From Phoronis australis (Eukaryota > Animalia > Phoronida): a stretch of 64,000 nt of DNA. Shown here piece after piece: positions 23,301 to 38,300 of the stretch (position 1 is its first letter; the number at the start of each line of letters is the position of its first letter). The position numbers and the translations under genes were made by a program. The notes beneath the pieces were generated by a model, which saw only the letters and a list, made by a program, of their open reading frames with translations, made no database searches and was not told where the DNA came from. Where the stretch lies: the NCBI GenBank assembly GCA_002633005.1, contig NMRA01000012.1, positions 2,062,550 through 2,126,549 of the forward strand. Direction: 5' to 3'.

Positions 23301-26300
23301 GTTTTGCTATCTATTCTCGATCTGTTTTTTGTCTCTGGTAAGGAGTTTGTGACGCACATATTTTTTATTCAATCATCAATGATATTTCACTCGCTAAATA
23401 TATTTATGGACCCATCGATCTACACCTCCCTTTTCTTCAATTCGGATTTCAGACTAGTCCACTAATTCCTATGCACAGGGTCACATGACGCTTATTCCCA
23501 GACTCCCAGCCTTCTTATTGGTCTATGTCTTATGAATTTGATTAGCTCCTGGCTCTCACAAGCTGATGATTATCACATGTCTATAGGAAACTAACATGTT
23601 TCAGTTCAATTTCCTTTTGTCAACTACACAGACATACATATCCAAATACTCTTGTTCAATTTTACCTACTCACTTTCTCTCCTCATTTTTGGCACCTTCT
23701 TGTGCCTGTGTTGCACTTTTTGTTGCCCATCTTACCAGAGATCATTATTTTTTGCATTTTATTTATTTTATTTTCACCCCTATCTTTGTGGGTGTAATCT
23801 GTCATAGTAAATGACCATGATTTTGCCAACCTCGGTCCTTTTCATCTGTGATAACGAGTTTATGGCGCATATATTTTTCATCGCATGTTGTAGAATCTTT
23901 CTGTAAAACGCGCTATCCATGTGGAGCAACATTGTGAATTTGTGGTCTCTTTGTTCCAGGCTTTTGGCGCCAAATATCGGTTCCATTACCCTCTGAGAAA
24001 TGATTTAAAATCGTGAAATTTGCTTCAAAATTATCTTCCAGTGATCAAAAAAATGCCCTCAAGTTTTGAATCACTTTTAACTCACGCAAACCCTTGAATT
24101 GGTGGCAATTGGCGGGGGGGGGGGGGNGTTTCCCTTGCCTTATTCTCATCTGAAAAGGCACAGACTCCTTTCCCTTCAAGTGAACTAACAGTTTGTTGCT
24201 GCCCAAGACCAAGCTTGACGATTAAAATGATCGTGCCAGCATGGCAAGTCAATGTTTTTAGCCTTGTCTCAAGCAGCAATGAAGTAACAAACCCTTCGAA
24301 GTTTCAAGTGCAGAAGTCACAACGAATTTGAGTTGGAAACTAGTCGAGAACAATTTTGTATGATATAGGTGGTCTAAACAAATGGAGATTTTTTCACACA
24401 AGCCAGGTTTCATCATCCCTTCTCAGCTTTATTAGTCAAAACGCATACCAAAATGTTTAATTAATACATCAACAACTGATTAACCTCAATTACACACTGT
24501 GGGCAACCGTATAAATGTGTGGGTGGCCGTTTTCTATAAATTTTTTGAACTGTGAGTTCTATTTACTCTGTTAAAACGCAGTGTCTGATCATTTTGTGTC
24601 TGCTAGGTGTGTCTTGATATCTGTGAAACGTAATGATGAATGCCCAAATTGCCCATATCCTCACTCACAATCCATTCAATTCCTGCTTGAATTTTGTTGT
24701 CCAAAATTTTTGAGACTGTCCCAAACCAGACAATTTTTACCATTCCGCCGTTCAGCGCAGATGGAACGTTGAGCATGTAACATAACCTGAAGAAAATGTG
24801 CTGCCCAATTACCTTGACAGTTACCATACCAGTCATGTGTACTGTTATTATTATACTCAAGTCATGTACAAAATGTTCAAACCTGTCCTCCGGTAGTTGT
24901 CTCCATTACACAATATTGCAGCACATTTTCCACTGCTGTCTATTCTGCTCTGTTGTGTCAGATAAGATTTCTTCAATCTCAACAGCATAATTCCTTGAAG
25001 GGTTGCTAATGTAACTTTTAACCCCCAACTGATCACGGCATTTTCTGCCTTTGTCGCCACCTGTCTGGTGGATACGCTGCACTTCAGTCTGTTCAAGTTC
25101 CGGGCGGTCTATCGTACTTATCTTTCGTCCATGGAAAAGGCTTTGGGTTGAAAAGTTCCTCCTTCCAGTCTCCTCGTTCCATGCTTGTCCTACTTTTGGT
25201 TTTGATTCTTTCTCCAGTTTTTCGCTTGTTGACAGCTCCGTTTCGCTTGCCTTACTGAGGTTTCTAGCGAAATTTGTGAGACTGTCGTTGCGATTCAGCG
25301 GCGACGTTGAGTTCTCTAGGTCAATTAAGCCATCTGTATATTCGAAGTTTGGTGCAACCACTTGTGAAATACTTTTGGATTTTTTGCACTCCATAGTATT
25401 CAGTTCCTGATACTGTGAGCTTTTATGGAATGTTACAGATTTCCACTGTCACTTTGTATACACTCAGTATCTTGTGGGAGAAGCTTATGGGATTCCCATC
25501 TAAACTCTGCTGTGGTCTGCTTAAAGATGATTGCCTGTTGCTGACAAAATCTTCTGATTAATGAGTGATAGTTTCCAAACTGCCCTTGTTGTCATGGGAA
25601 CGTTCATGTAAAATGGTTTCTCTTGTTTCAAAGGTTCATAATTGCTTGCTATAAATAAATGGATACTTGCGTAAAACAGGACTAACGATATCTGACTTCT
25701 CTACTGACTATCCTCGGCTTTCATAGGGACAATCCTCATGGGAAGTGCTTCTTTGTGTAAATGATACATACAACAAATAGATGAAAGCATATTTTGCTTT
25801 GATCCATTTATTTTAGTATGATTTTAATTTTGATTTCTTCAGATTTGTTTGCATAGTATTAAGAGCTGCTCTATTGAAGTCCACCTTCTGGTTCTGTATA
25901 AATTTTGCTTACCAGTACGGTAATTTTCTACTTCTTTCACACAAAAACAATTGTCAAAACTGTCGTTTCCATTTTTCAAATAAGCAAATTACTTTGCTAA
26001 AAATAACAGTAGCTTTACTAAATCTGCAAGCCATGCTAGCAATAGACAAAATTTTTCTTAATCTTTGTTTTTGTGGAAAAATTTAACAGAACAGAATTTC
26101 ACTTGTTAGCCATGTTGTGTGCTGAATAAGTATCGTTTTATAAAAGTGGTGTGTACACTTTTTAAGATTAGATCAGTGACATCTGTCAGTGAACTTTTTA
26201 AATCTGAACATGAGACAAGTTGATATCAACTTTATGGCAGCTGTCTAAATAAAAATGTCAGTGTGGTTACATGTTCATATAATCTTTAACTACCTGCTTC

Positions 26301-29300
26301 GTGTTTGCTGATAGAGAGCAAAAAATAACATGATAATCTCTTCAGTTTTGCTGGTACAGCATTGTTAAAACTGTGATTTTCTATTTTTCTAACATTGTTT
26401 ACTTTTTTCTCAACTTCTGTTTTGCTTAATAAGTTTGAAACAAATAGTCCAAATGTCCGCCATCTTGAGTGCTAAATTGAAGACTGTTCACTGCATTGCC
26501 TGACATGGGTTTGGATTCTCTTAAAGGCCTTTCCCACTTCTTCTAAAGCTTCGGCGTTGCCGAGAACACTTAACTTCAGTCTTGAATCGAAGTTAATAGC
26601 ACAAGTTAACTCCGAAGTAAAGAAGTGGATTAACAGCGAAGCATCGATACAATGAGAACACTTTAACTTCGATGCCATATTGGAGTTATTGGCAGGGGTC
26701 ACTGCCTGTGTTTGCCAACAGTGGGCAATGACTGGTTAAGTTTTATTAATATTTTGTTCTAATAACTATTATTTTGGGGTATCAGCATTCTGTTTCAGTT
26801 TGTCCAAGTATTTGTACTAAAAAAATCACTGAACGTGTAGTGTACGCAAAACACCTTTGCTTGGATCAGCTGTTAGCCTGCTCAAGAGTCAAAATTTTTT
26901 GATGCATCATTTTCTAGTACTTTGTCATCGTCCCAACGTGGCAACTATTGGCTGCCTTGTGAAGTTGACGTTCTAGTTTCTATTTGGGAAGAGGGAGAGG
27001 TCCTTGCCATCATAAACAGCAAAGCCATATGATCGAATGTCATATTAGTGCCGCCTGCCTTGCGATAACATCGCTGAACTATAACTCGGAAGCTTATTCT
27101 CTGCGGTTGACCACTAACATTGAAGCTTCGATAGTAGCAGAGAAACTGGTAACTGTATGGGAAAGGACCTTTGGGCTACATATCCCATAGAGCAGAAGTA
27201 ACAATACCTGCAGTTATACAAACACACCTGCAGAGCAAAGGTAAGACATTGGGTGCGCAAACTGTCGGTGGAGGCGTGGAAAAAGCTGTCCGTCTGAGAC
27301 ACAAACCAAACAAATATTTCAAAGTCCTACTGAACCAAAAGGTTCAAAGAAACTGTTATGTTTAGATGGCTCTCTATCATGCAGCTAATTCATGTTATTA
27401 CTGGACACTGCAACTTAGCTCGGCACCGTTACATCACAGGCCACACGGCATGTTCATTGTGTCCCAACTGTGGCTTGGAGACCTAGTGCTCAACATCTGG
27501 TAGAGATTTGCCCTGCCTACCATAGATGGTAATCTACCCCTTGATGGACACATAAGCTGCCTGGTTGACCTTGTTAGGTTTAATCTGATTCAAACTGGCA
27601 GATTCGAAGGTTTCACCCATGAGGAAACCGATGATGTCGGGTCCCCGTGAGTCATAATCAGGTGATTAGTGTAATGGCCTGGCTTGCGACCTAAACACGT
27701 TTGATGTACCGCAAAAGGCATCAGGTCACATGTACTCTTTTCTTACAAACAGACACAGACACAGTAATCATGGTTTATTACAAGTCGATCAAATGAGAGT
27801 ATTTATGATTGACATATGTCCTGAATAATAGTTAAATGATACGTGCGTGGCAAGCTCGTTATCAGAGATGAAAAGGAGACCGAGGTTGGCGATATAAGGT
27901 AATTTATTATGACTAATACAATTACAATGTAATGAATACAGATAAGTAACATAAAACTGGTAATCTCTGGTAAGATGGGCAGTAAAAAAACGACACAAGA
28001 GATTTGTAAGACAGTTTGTGTATCATCGCAGGCATCCAGAAAATACAGTAAATTAAGTCTGGATGCAGATGGTATCCTACTTTTCAAAATTCTTAAGTTA
28101 TTTGATATAGTTGCTCTTGTTCATGCACTCAGTCCTTGAGATTACTTAATTTTGATTTGCTTAATACACAAGTCTCGTAGTCAGGTTGGATTAGCTTTGT
28201 GCAAATTTTACTGATCTCTAACAGCATTGAAGCCTGTTTACGGATGGTGGTAAGTCAGGCCTAATTCCCACACTGTTCATTAATGAGGCTCGTTAAGGCA
28301 GTCATTGAGTCTGAATATGAAAAATGATCAACATTTTCCCTAATTATAACAGATGCAGCATTGCATTTGGAATAACATGCCTACGTCACATTTTCTGTTA
28401 TGATCGCACTTCCAATCTTTGATAAAACAGGCCTCTGATTTCGCTTGTTGTTTATTTGTTATCCAGGTGGAGAGTAATGACTCTGAAGCTATGTCCATTG
28501 GCTGTGGCCCTGAGGATGTAGGAGACTTGTCACTTCTGAACCCTGTCAACTCCACCACAGGTATGGCAACTGTACACTTGAATTCATCGTCAAGTGTAGC
28601 AACCAGTATGACAACGAATACGATTTTTGTAATTTTTGCATCACTGCAGAATACAGCTACTGTAAAACAAAACGTGGAGAGACACTCTTTCCTTTATTTT
28701 CACCAGTGCAGAACACATATAAAGAATGCCATCAGTTGTGAGGTATCACTAACGTAGGAACATGTCGTTAATTACAATCCTGTATGTATTTGGGTTTCAT
28801 AAAAGTGAACTTCAGCGGGGTTCGAATGTGGCAGCCCTTTTGTTGAAATACCAGGCCAGAAATTTGGCAGTTATTTTGAAAATTCCATGTTCAGTTCTGG
28901 CTATTATGAAAACATTAGATTACGAGTTGAAAGAGCATCGTTTGGGAATAAGTTTAGACTACGGTAGATTGGTTTGTGGTCAAATTCCTTTTAGAAGTTG
29001 TCTCTGAAGTATTTTTTGTATTTCAAAACAGATAGAAAGTTGCTTTGGCAATTATTTGTGTGCAAAATTGAAGAGAGATTGCCATAAATGAGGTGATTCA
29101 TGGCTTCAAATAAGAGAGCTGTATGAATTATTGCTTATAAGGGCAAGAATATAAATCTTAGTCTCAGATTGCCCTTTAGTTTGTGCTCAATTCAAACCCT
29201 GTTTAAACACTTACAGTACTGCGCTGCCTCAAGACGCGCTATGATCAGGACTTGTTTTACACCAGAGCTGGCCTGACGTTGGTGGCCATGAACCCATTCA

Positions 29301-32300
29301 AACCAGTGCCGTCTCTGTATAACAACAGCGCCGTGGTCCAGTACAGCCAATCAAATGTACAGGTGAGTGTCATGGGGCCCTTTCAAGACAGTATACTTTA
29401 CTGTAGCAAGTAATATCGGATTTTGGTGTAGTGTTAATTTTTCCACTCGTGCATCCTGTGTATGTGAACACTTTCTTTATTTATCTACAATATTTGAAAT
29501 ACGAAATATATGCTTTAAAAAATGTTTGCTCAGCTATTTTGCATATACCCGGTAAGCGCATGTGGCAAAGTTTCTCTTGGATGCATAGGTATTTTCCGTT
29601 GATTTTGTAAGTGTCTTACAGACGATTTTTTTGTATTTTATGCATTCTTATTTTTTTCCAGTGAAATACAGTTTAACTGAAGTTTAAATCAGCTACAAAT
29701 AACAAATATTTTGACCTTCACGCATTGTTTCGCGCTTAGGAGCATCGGACTAAATTTATATGTTAGCACAACTTCACAGACAGGCATTGCTTTAAATGGA
29801 AATACCCGCAGTAGACAAATTGAAGTCATTTGTTTAGAACCTTTGTTAGTCCCTTCAAACACAGACTTAGAGTAGTGATGTCTCGTTACTCAGTAATGAG
29901 CAGATTATGTCTACTAATCATGGGAAATATTATGAACAAGTGAATGAGACATGTTGTCCAGCCGCTCACGTGAGACAGAGCGAATTTAAATGGGTGCAAG
30001 TATGCAACTTCTGTAACGTTTAGTACGGATGTAAACCTTGATGTTTGAGATGAGACTGAGAGGTAGAGCTTATGTGTCAGTCAGTGCTCTGATGGGACCA
30101 AGTAACTCAATACTTACCAGAGTTGTGTTATTGTTTAATCTTGTATCTGAAGCTCAGTGGCATGTCAACCATTGATGATGTTTGATTCTCACCAGCCTCC
30201 ATGATTTCTTCCAGGCATTGCCACCTCACATTTATACTGTGGCTGAACAGGCTTACACACGACTAAAGCAGAACAGTTGGCAACCAAACCAGAGCATTGT
30301 GGTCAGTGGGGAGAGTGGAGCTGGCAAAGTATGTGTGCAACAGAATGCAATCGCCACCATGTTTATCACAATAAACACTTCTCTATAGTATTTGCCTTAC
30401 TGTTCTACTGTGGGGTCCAGTGAACCCAAAAACCAAAATGTTTGGGGTACGTTTCAATTTCTCTGGGTACATGTAGAGAGTCTAGAAATCATTACACTAG
30501 CATTCAGTATTGATGGAAAATTGATCAAGAAATGAAACATTTGATTTTGTTTTTATTTGTTACATGCAATTGATCAAAATTGGGTCCAAGTTTACTTGGC
30601 AAGCTCAGCATGCATCTTCTGTTGCTCAGTTGCATCAAACGATGCAAAAACACTGCCTTGGGAAAAGTCTGCTGCTTTAACATGAAGCTGCCTCCTTCTC
30701 TTTCTCCTGTCGGTGAACACCAGTGAAATATCTTGCCAACTATATTACAGCCTCAGTTTTGAGACTATTTGTCGTGCTGTTTCTTTGACAGTTATAAACT
30801 TTGTCTATTAAAGGTACATTTTGCCACTTTTTAGTTGCCAGCGTTGAATTATTAATCAAAGCGTATTACCACATTCATACGATCTTAAATTCTTACTGAA
30901 TGAGCCGGAGACACAGGCAATGCGTACATGCGCCATTTTCGAATTTGCAATTTTAAGTCTGAAGTATTTTCTTGAGATGCCTATGGTTTCAGTATTCTTG
31001 TTGGTGACTAAAATGAAGTCCTGTCATTTATGAGACCATTTTTATAAGCTTTAGTGGCTTAATTCATTTTTCATTTTTGGCTTCTTAATGCCGAAAAAAT
31101 GCATTTTTAACTGTGATGTTTATCTGGCGTTCCAGACAGTGACTGCTAAACATTTGATGAGGTATCTGACAGCTGTATCAAACACCAGTGAAGAAGCTGT
31201 TGTGGCTAGTTCACGCATCGAACAACGTATTCTTGACTCTAACCCTATACTGGAGGCATTTGGTGAGTGGTTCACTTGCTTTTTGTGGGGAAACGTAGCA
31301 AGCAGAGAGTACTCAAAACACTGAAGAATGGTTGAGCACCTGTGGTTAAAAAGCAGTATTTTGTAATTTATTGACTTGATGATAAGCAAGTCCCTGACTT
31401 GGTGTAGTTTATTCACATTTTTATCCTAGGTAAAACTGCTATAACAACACCTTCTATCAAAAATAGGTCCATTAAGTTACTTGTCACATCAGGATAGTTT
31501 AAGTGGCCAAGGCAGTGTGGCTCTCCAATTCCAAGCAATGATTGATGGTAAGCAATGGCAATTGAAATTTAATGATAAGAATGCAGTGCCTCTGCATATA
31601 TACCAGTGAAGAAAATTGATGTTTTTAACACCCAGAGAATGGATCTCTGGTGCTGGTCTGTGACAAAACTTGCATGCCTGAAATTCTGTGACATTTAATG
31701 ACATTTTGAGGCTTCTGTGAATTCGATAATGTAAGTAGGCTTTTAGTGTTTTGTTGGGTTTATGTTTATTATATGCTACATCAATTGGTCATTCCTTTTT
31801 CACAAACAGTGAAGTTATGGGATTCTGAGAAATATTGTGTCTCGCATATGTGACAAAAGCAAAGTTTGTGTGACTTATACATGCAAAAAGCACCAAAAGA
31901 GCTGTGACAATTGAGACTTCCCTGTGACATTTTGAAAATTTTGAGATGTGACAAATTGTGACTTGTCAATGAATATGAACCAATTCTCTGACCATCATAA
32001 CATGGTGTATAGTGGCTGTTGGTAGCTGTAGACCCGGCTTTATCTGCCAAAGCAACTATAAGCTTTGATTCAGAGTACCTCTTAATCTTAATAAAATTGG
32101 TCTGAAATTGTGATTTTTGGTCTCGGAAAGAATTTAAATATTTCATTATTGCTCAAGACTAAGCTGAATTAGTTAGCTTGACCCAGGTTAGAGTGTCTGT
32201 GTTCTTGTGACTAAGGTGTTTGTAATACATATGCTTGATATGGTTTTTCAGGTAATGCAAAAACACTAAGGAATCACAACAGTTCACGGTTTGGCAAGTA

Positions 32301-35300
32301 CATCCAACTTCAGTTTCAACGGTGAGTCTACATTTAGTGGCATTTTCCTGCAATAAGTTATATTCTTTCACAGAGACAACTACAGTAAACATCCTTTGAA
32401 GTGAAGCACCATTAGAAATTTGTGACTTACGTAGACTGGAGATTTGGTACTGGGTCTCCCAGTTGCTAATTAAAAGTAAAAATATATGATTGTAGTGCAT
32501 GAAGTGGACAAATAGAGCGGTGTGAATTTGGCCGCATTCTTGGTTACAGTAATTCAGAATGATAAACCCTTGTCTTCAAATGCCCATTTTACTTAAGTGT
32601 GGCAAAACTTGAAGCCACATTGTAGGCTTGTTGCTGATTGTACATTAATAGTCTCAACCGCTCAACCGGTTAGTGATGAAATTCTGTGGTGCATTCAGTA
32701 AATGTAAGACAGTCTCCCCAAGACATTGTGTTGAAAAAATTTTTTTGATGGAATGGAAACCACAATTGTAATTCAACACTCAGCATTGCTAACCAATCAC
32801 TTCTGTGGCTGCCATTTTGTTAGTTTACGCTAGTATGGTTAAAACCTTATTCCGATACACCCGTCTTTCACTCACTTGTTTATGCATGGTCTTGCATAAT
32901 CTCGCCTTTCTCCCAAAAATATACTCTACAAATGCAACGATGTTATCTGACAAATCACTTTCCACGGCTAGGGCCTTGTTTATGGTTAGGCAGGAGAGCC
33001 AAGCACTCGTGAGAGACCTGTATTTGATACATTAGTGACAAAACTTGGAATCACACGGTTGGCCATTGCTGAAATGAGATATATGTTGCTCGGCAAGTTT
33101 CATCCAAGATTTCAAAAAATAGGGCGTTCAAAATGGGTTTCCCAAATTGTCAGAGCGTCTATGACCAATAACGCGTGACAGTGTTTTATGATCTCAAGTC
33201 AAATTTTTGCTATAGTGTGGTATGTGCTGTGAAAACATGGTCCTGCACTAAATTTTTTTGTAAGAAGATCTAGTTTGAGTCTAATACTGGAATAATTTTT
33301 TTGTATCTTGCATTATTTCGAAACCAATTTTTTTATTCTGGACCGGCCAATAAGCTCCCAGAACTGCTGTTAACTTAAGGTACTCTACTTGGGTTGTCCA
33401 AATGCTGAACAGGGTTCCTAAATAGGGTGCCCAAATTTTAGTCAGGGTGTCCCTCAAATACGTTTTAACAAAGGTAACCCCTAAGCTCTGCTTTCCATGA
33501 AGACACTGGATACACTCAATCTTTATTCGCTCCCATTTATGCACTGTACAAAGGGAGGTGAAAGACGGGAAATTAGTCTGTGTTGTGCACTAGTCAAAAC
33601 TTGGTCTTAGTCCATTCATATTGTTTGTCGAACAGTAATGGTCAAGTGTTGGGTGGACATATCAAGACGTACCTGCTGGAGAAAACCAGGGTGGTCCACC
33701 AGTCAGAGGGCGAATGTAATTTCCACATCTTCTACCAGGTAACTGTGTCAACAGTCTTCATCCGTTGCTGTGCCCTGTGTTGTATATGATTTTCAAAACA
33801 ATAACATTTTAGTGAGCAAAGGTAAAATTCACCGATTAGGAAGCAGATTGGTTGACAAGTCAAGTTTTTCACCCTCACTCTAAGTCTCTTGGGAAAGCAA
33901 TGAAAATCTTTTTTGTGACCAAACTACGTTTCAGACAAAATGAAGTAATTCTCACTTTGTTGACTGAAGTTGTCTTAGTATCTTGTTGATTACACTGCAT
34001 TTATTTACTGTCACCTTCTAAAACAAGATTTAGAAATGGTGACTCTTCACAAAGGTGCGTTAGCTGAGAATTTGCTATACAGGTAACTGGCGTATCTAGG
34101 ATTGGGTAGGGGGTTGGCGACCATAATTTTCAAAGTCAAAATGTACCTGTTGGGGTAACCCTGAAAATAGCATGCTGGTAACTTTTGTTTGTTTGTTTGT
34201 TTGTTTGTTTGTTTGTTTGTTTGTTTGTTTGTTTGTTTGTTTGTTTGTCTGAATATGGAGTTGCTCAAGTATGTTGCAGTTTACATTGATGAGTTTCCAC
34301 AAGTTTGCCCTCAATGACCCCTAAATTCGAGCTAGGAAGTAGGTATTTTGAGTTTAGGTTTGAACTGAGTATTGGGATCGTATAGTGCGAACTATGAATA
34401 GGCATTCATTTACGTTAATGGTGATTTACTCGTGCACAAAATCATAACTTGAGTTTTTTCAGATATCAAAAATAATTTAGTGATAATAATAACAGCTCCT
34501 AGTTCAAGTTTAGAGATTATACCCTGGGGCTAGGTGTCAATACAGTATGTCCTTCCTGTCAGTTTCTAGCCAGCCTGGATGGGCATCACCAGATGAGCTA
34601 CAGGATGGCATCGATGTGCGGTCGAGATCTAGGTACGTACCACTGCTCATTAGTCACCACCACCAGTGTAACACCACCAACACCGCTACCACTTCAAACA
34701 CCATCAACACCAAAGCAAACACCACCACTATGCCTTTGATTCATCTGGCTCTCAAGTGTACAATAGTTGAATAGAACGTGCCCATAGTTTGAGAACCAGT
34801 TTGATCCCCATTATTCAGTGGAGAAAACGGATTCTCGTCATGGGGGCATGATATTTCTGACTATTACGCTCAAGTTAAAATCAAGTTTAGTGAAGTACGA
34901 TAACCATACTCATCCAGGGCGATTAAATTGAGAGCTCAAAAATCAAGACTGAAAGTCAATTTTTTATGAAGTTGGGGCCATTAAATTGAACGGTTGGTTC
35001 GAGTAAACACCAAGGAAGTTACATTTACTTTGGAGATTCACATGCAATTATCAAATGCAACATAGCAAATAATAAGAAATGATAATAATGCAGGTGGTCC
35101 GTTACACGTTGCATCAGACGTGCTCAGGACGCTCAGATGGGGCCATTGTAACAACCACCTGAAATAACTTTTTTGTTTTTGTTTTATTAACATTTGCGTA
35201 TAACACAAATTAAGACCGCGCTGACGAGCTAGAGACCTGACTCAATGGTCTAGCAGTGGGATTAGAACCTACGACTTTATGAACAAGAGGCAGACACTCA

Positions 35301-38300
35301 ACCCTCTAGGCCTCACCGCCTCCTCATGAAACAGTAGGATAGTACAGGTATTTCCTGCTCAAACTTTCATTGGTTTTGTCAACTAAACTTCGCTTGGTCG
35401 CTGAAGTCATCACACTGGCGCTTTCAAGGTCTCGATCCTATACATTTTCTGTGGGCTTTAAGGAGAGCATGGGCAATTAAAAACTTTAGGAAAATTTGTA
35501 AATTTACAAGATGGGAGTTATACTGATAACAGCTGTATCTGGCCGTAAGTTGCACCATTACGTTAATTCGTAGTGCTTGGAGCAATAGGAAATCCATCTC
35601 TTCTTTTTCCTCTTTTGCAGTATCAGACCTCAGCGCTTGGCACTCAACTCGGGATGCCATGACTGATATTGGTTTGGCGGACAGCCAACAGCGGGAGATA
35701 TTTCAGCTAATCACAGCTGTATTGTGCATTGGCAACTTGACGTTCTGTGGCGACGAGGAGTCTTCCTGTTATATAGACTGTGACAGAGCAGGCAAGTGTG
35801 CGGATGGTTTAATTATTAATGGTTGATGATGTTTGAGGTCTGTTTCGAACATTCTCTAAAGTTGGACACTGAAAGTCAAGCCAAAAATGAATTTTCTTGA
35901 TTCTGAAGATTGAGATGTGGGTAATGTTAGCGTTCATCGTATTTCTCAAACATCGGACAGTGCTTTTTGAATCACCAAAGTCTGAGATAAAATTTTTAAA
36001 ATTAATTTCCAACATAAAATTTGTTTTTCTTGTGATTCTTGAATTTGGGAAGGCCAGTATTGCCTATTTCATAAAAAATTCATTGTCCCACATTGGAGGA
36101 TTTTTACCATAGATGCCTTGTGTCAATACATGTTGGCAGTAGCTTCAGAAGGTGTGTCATATGCATCTATACATGTGTAATGGCTAAAGTTTCACGATAC
36201 ATGCCAAAGCAAAATTAACACTCTTCATGCACGCATTAAGTAAATGCACTTTTAGAAAGCTTTTACTCAACAGTTTCCCTTATAGATGTGGGTGGTGTTT
36301 TTTGTTTTTATCAACTCTAAATACGTTTCCAGTAATCACTTATTTTTAGTTAAATGCATGCCACCATCTACTGTAATGGATAGCTTCACCTTCACTCAAA
36401 TAATTAAACTTGCTCTTTTGTTTTGCTCACAATTTTCACATGCCACTTAAGTTCATGTGTCATCAACTGAATATGCGCACGGCTTCAAATGCAGGCCTAA
36501 ATATACGTATCCACGGTAACCTGCAATGCATTGACAAAACCTGTATTTTTCAGTTTTACTTCCCTAAAGGCTGTTTCTCATTTTTGCAAAAAAATATTGT
36601 ATTGTCTCATTGTTTGCAGTTGTTGCAAAGTGCTTGGAAATGGCATCAGATATTCTCGGCATTGACTCCTCCGATCTCGAGAAGGCCTTGACATTTCGTC
36701 AGATAAGGGCAAGTCACAGCCGACGACAGAGTGTATTCCACAAGCCGTGCAGCCAAGCTGAATCAGCCAATCGGAGGGACTGTCTAGCCAAGCTGCTCTA
36801 CTCTACTCTATTTGATTGGCTAGTCGACTTCATCAATGGCTGTATCATAGCTGAGAATGTGTATGGCTTTGTAGGTTAGTTATCTCACTCCATTACCAGC
36901 ATTATATACATTGCATAAACCGAACATAGTGCTTTATGACCGAATGCGAATTCCCAGTATGTTTGTCTCATGTTTAGATTGAAGGTATATGGAGCGCTGT
37001 TTTCTTTTTGACATCCAGTTTCAATGCGACTCTCGACTGTTTTAATTTAGTTTTGTGACGGTCTCAAAAATCAAGCCATAAAACAAGGTCACTTTTAATT
37101 GGAGTGCAGCCCGTTGGTGTAACAGTTATTTTTGTTATAATAAACCGTTTCATGCTTTTTTTATCTCACTTTAAATTTGGCATTTTTACACGGCAAATCA
37201 ATGCTCAATATAGCTTTGTATTATATTCTCTAGACTCCATTGCATTTTTTTAACTAATCATTCCGTTTTGACGGTCTTGTATAGTAACAAAGCTAGGCAG
37301 GTTTAGATCGATTCTATTGTCATATTCTGCTACTGATAGTCTGCCCAAATGTAATTAGTATGTCGAGCAGTGTGCATAGCAACAGGGGTAATAAGGAAAG
37401 GAGAAATTATGTTTGTTATAAGTGAAACGGCAGTTTGTGAACATTTTTCCCTTTTGAAAGTAAATAATCAAAAGCGTTCGGAAATCGAGGTCGCGTAATT
37501 TTCAATTATCTATTTTGCTTCTAACTGAGCAGGACAAACTCGTCAAAAAATAGGTAATTATGGATCGCTTCTTTTTTGATGCTGTGTTTTGTTGTTGGTT
37601 TGCTAGTTTCCAACTTAAGTTTGTACTTCACTAATATTTTTATTTCTGCATGTTTAAATTTCCCTACTTACCTGTTATAAAAGATTTGAAAACCTTCATG
37701 TGCTTTTGTAGTAATTGTGAAGTTTACTCATTCTCCAAGCTGGGAATCAAACCTGAAAGGACCATGTGTTAGCTTAAATGTTGAGCTCTTATGCGAGAGA
37801 GTCATTGTTACTTATGCAAAGAAGACATTCCCTCAGACTGCATTTTTGGGATACCTTATTCAAACTCAGGGTAAAGGTTTAAAAAATCTGAACATCTTTT
37901 ATATATGTGATCTTTAAAATGTAGTTCAGCAAACCAAACAAATGGAGCTTATCGTGTAAAAAATTCAGCTGAAGTGACCTTTGATTTTTGCTTATCTCTT
38001 GACTCAGGTCTGTTGGATATTTATGGGTTTGAGAGTTTCACCACCAACAGTTTGGAACAGATGTGTATTAACTACGCCAACGAGAGATTGCAGCAACATT
38101 TTGTGGCTCACTTCCTTCGAGGGCTACAGGTGAGGGGTATTGGTTATTGGTATATTTTTTTACTTGTAGTATTGATTTGTGGTATATACCATAAAGCTTC
38201 TTATAGTAGCCGGGGCGTCTATTTTTTTGGGCATGCTCCAGACCTGCCCTCTATTAGAGACCCAGTGTTTATTTACACATGGTATTGTACAATGGCAAAT

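Noticed and set aside
34047-34314. QTNK-repeat ORFs
   Set aside because: Translation of the (TTTG)n microsatellite.
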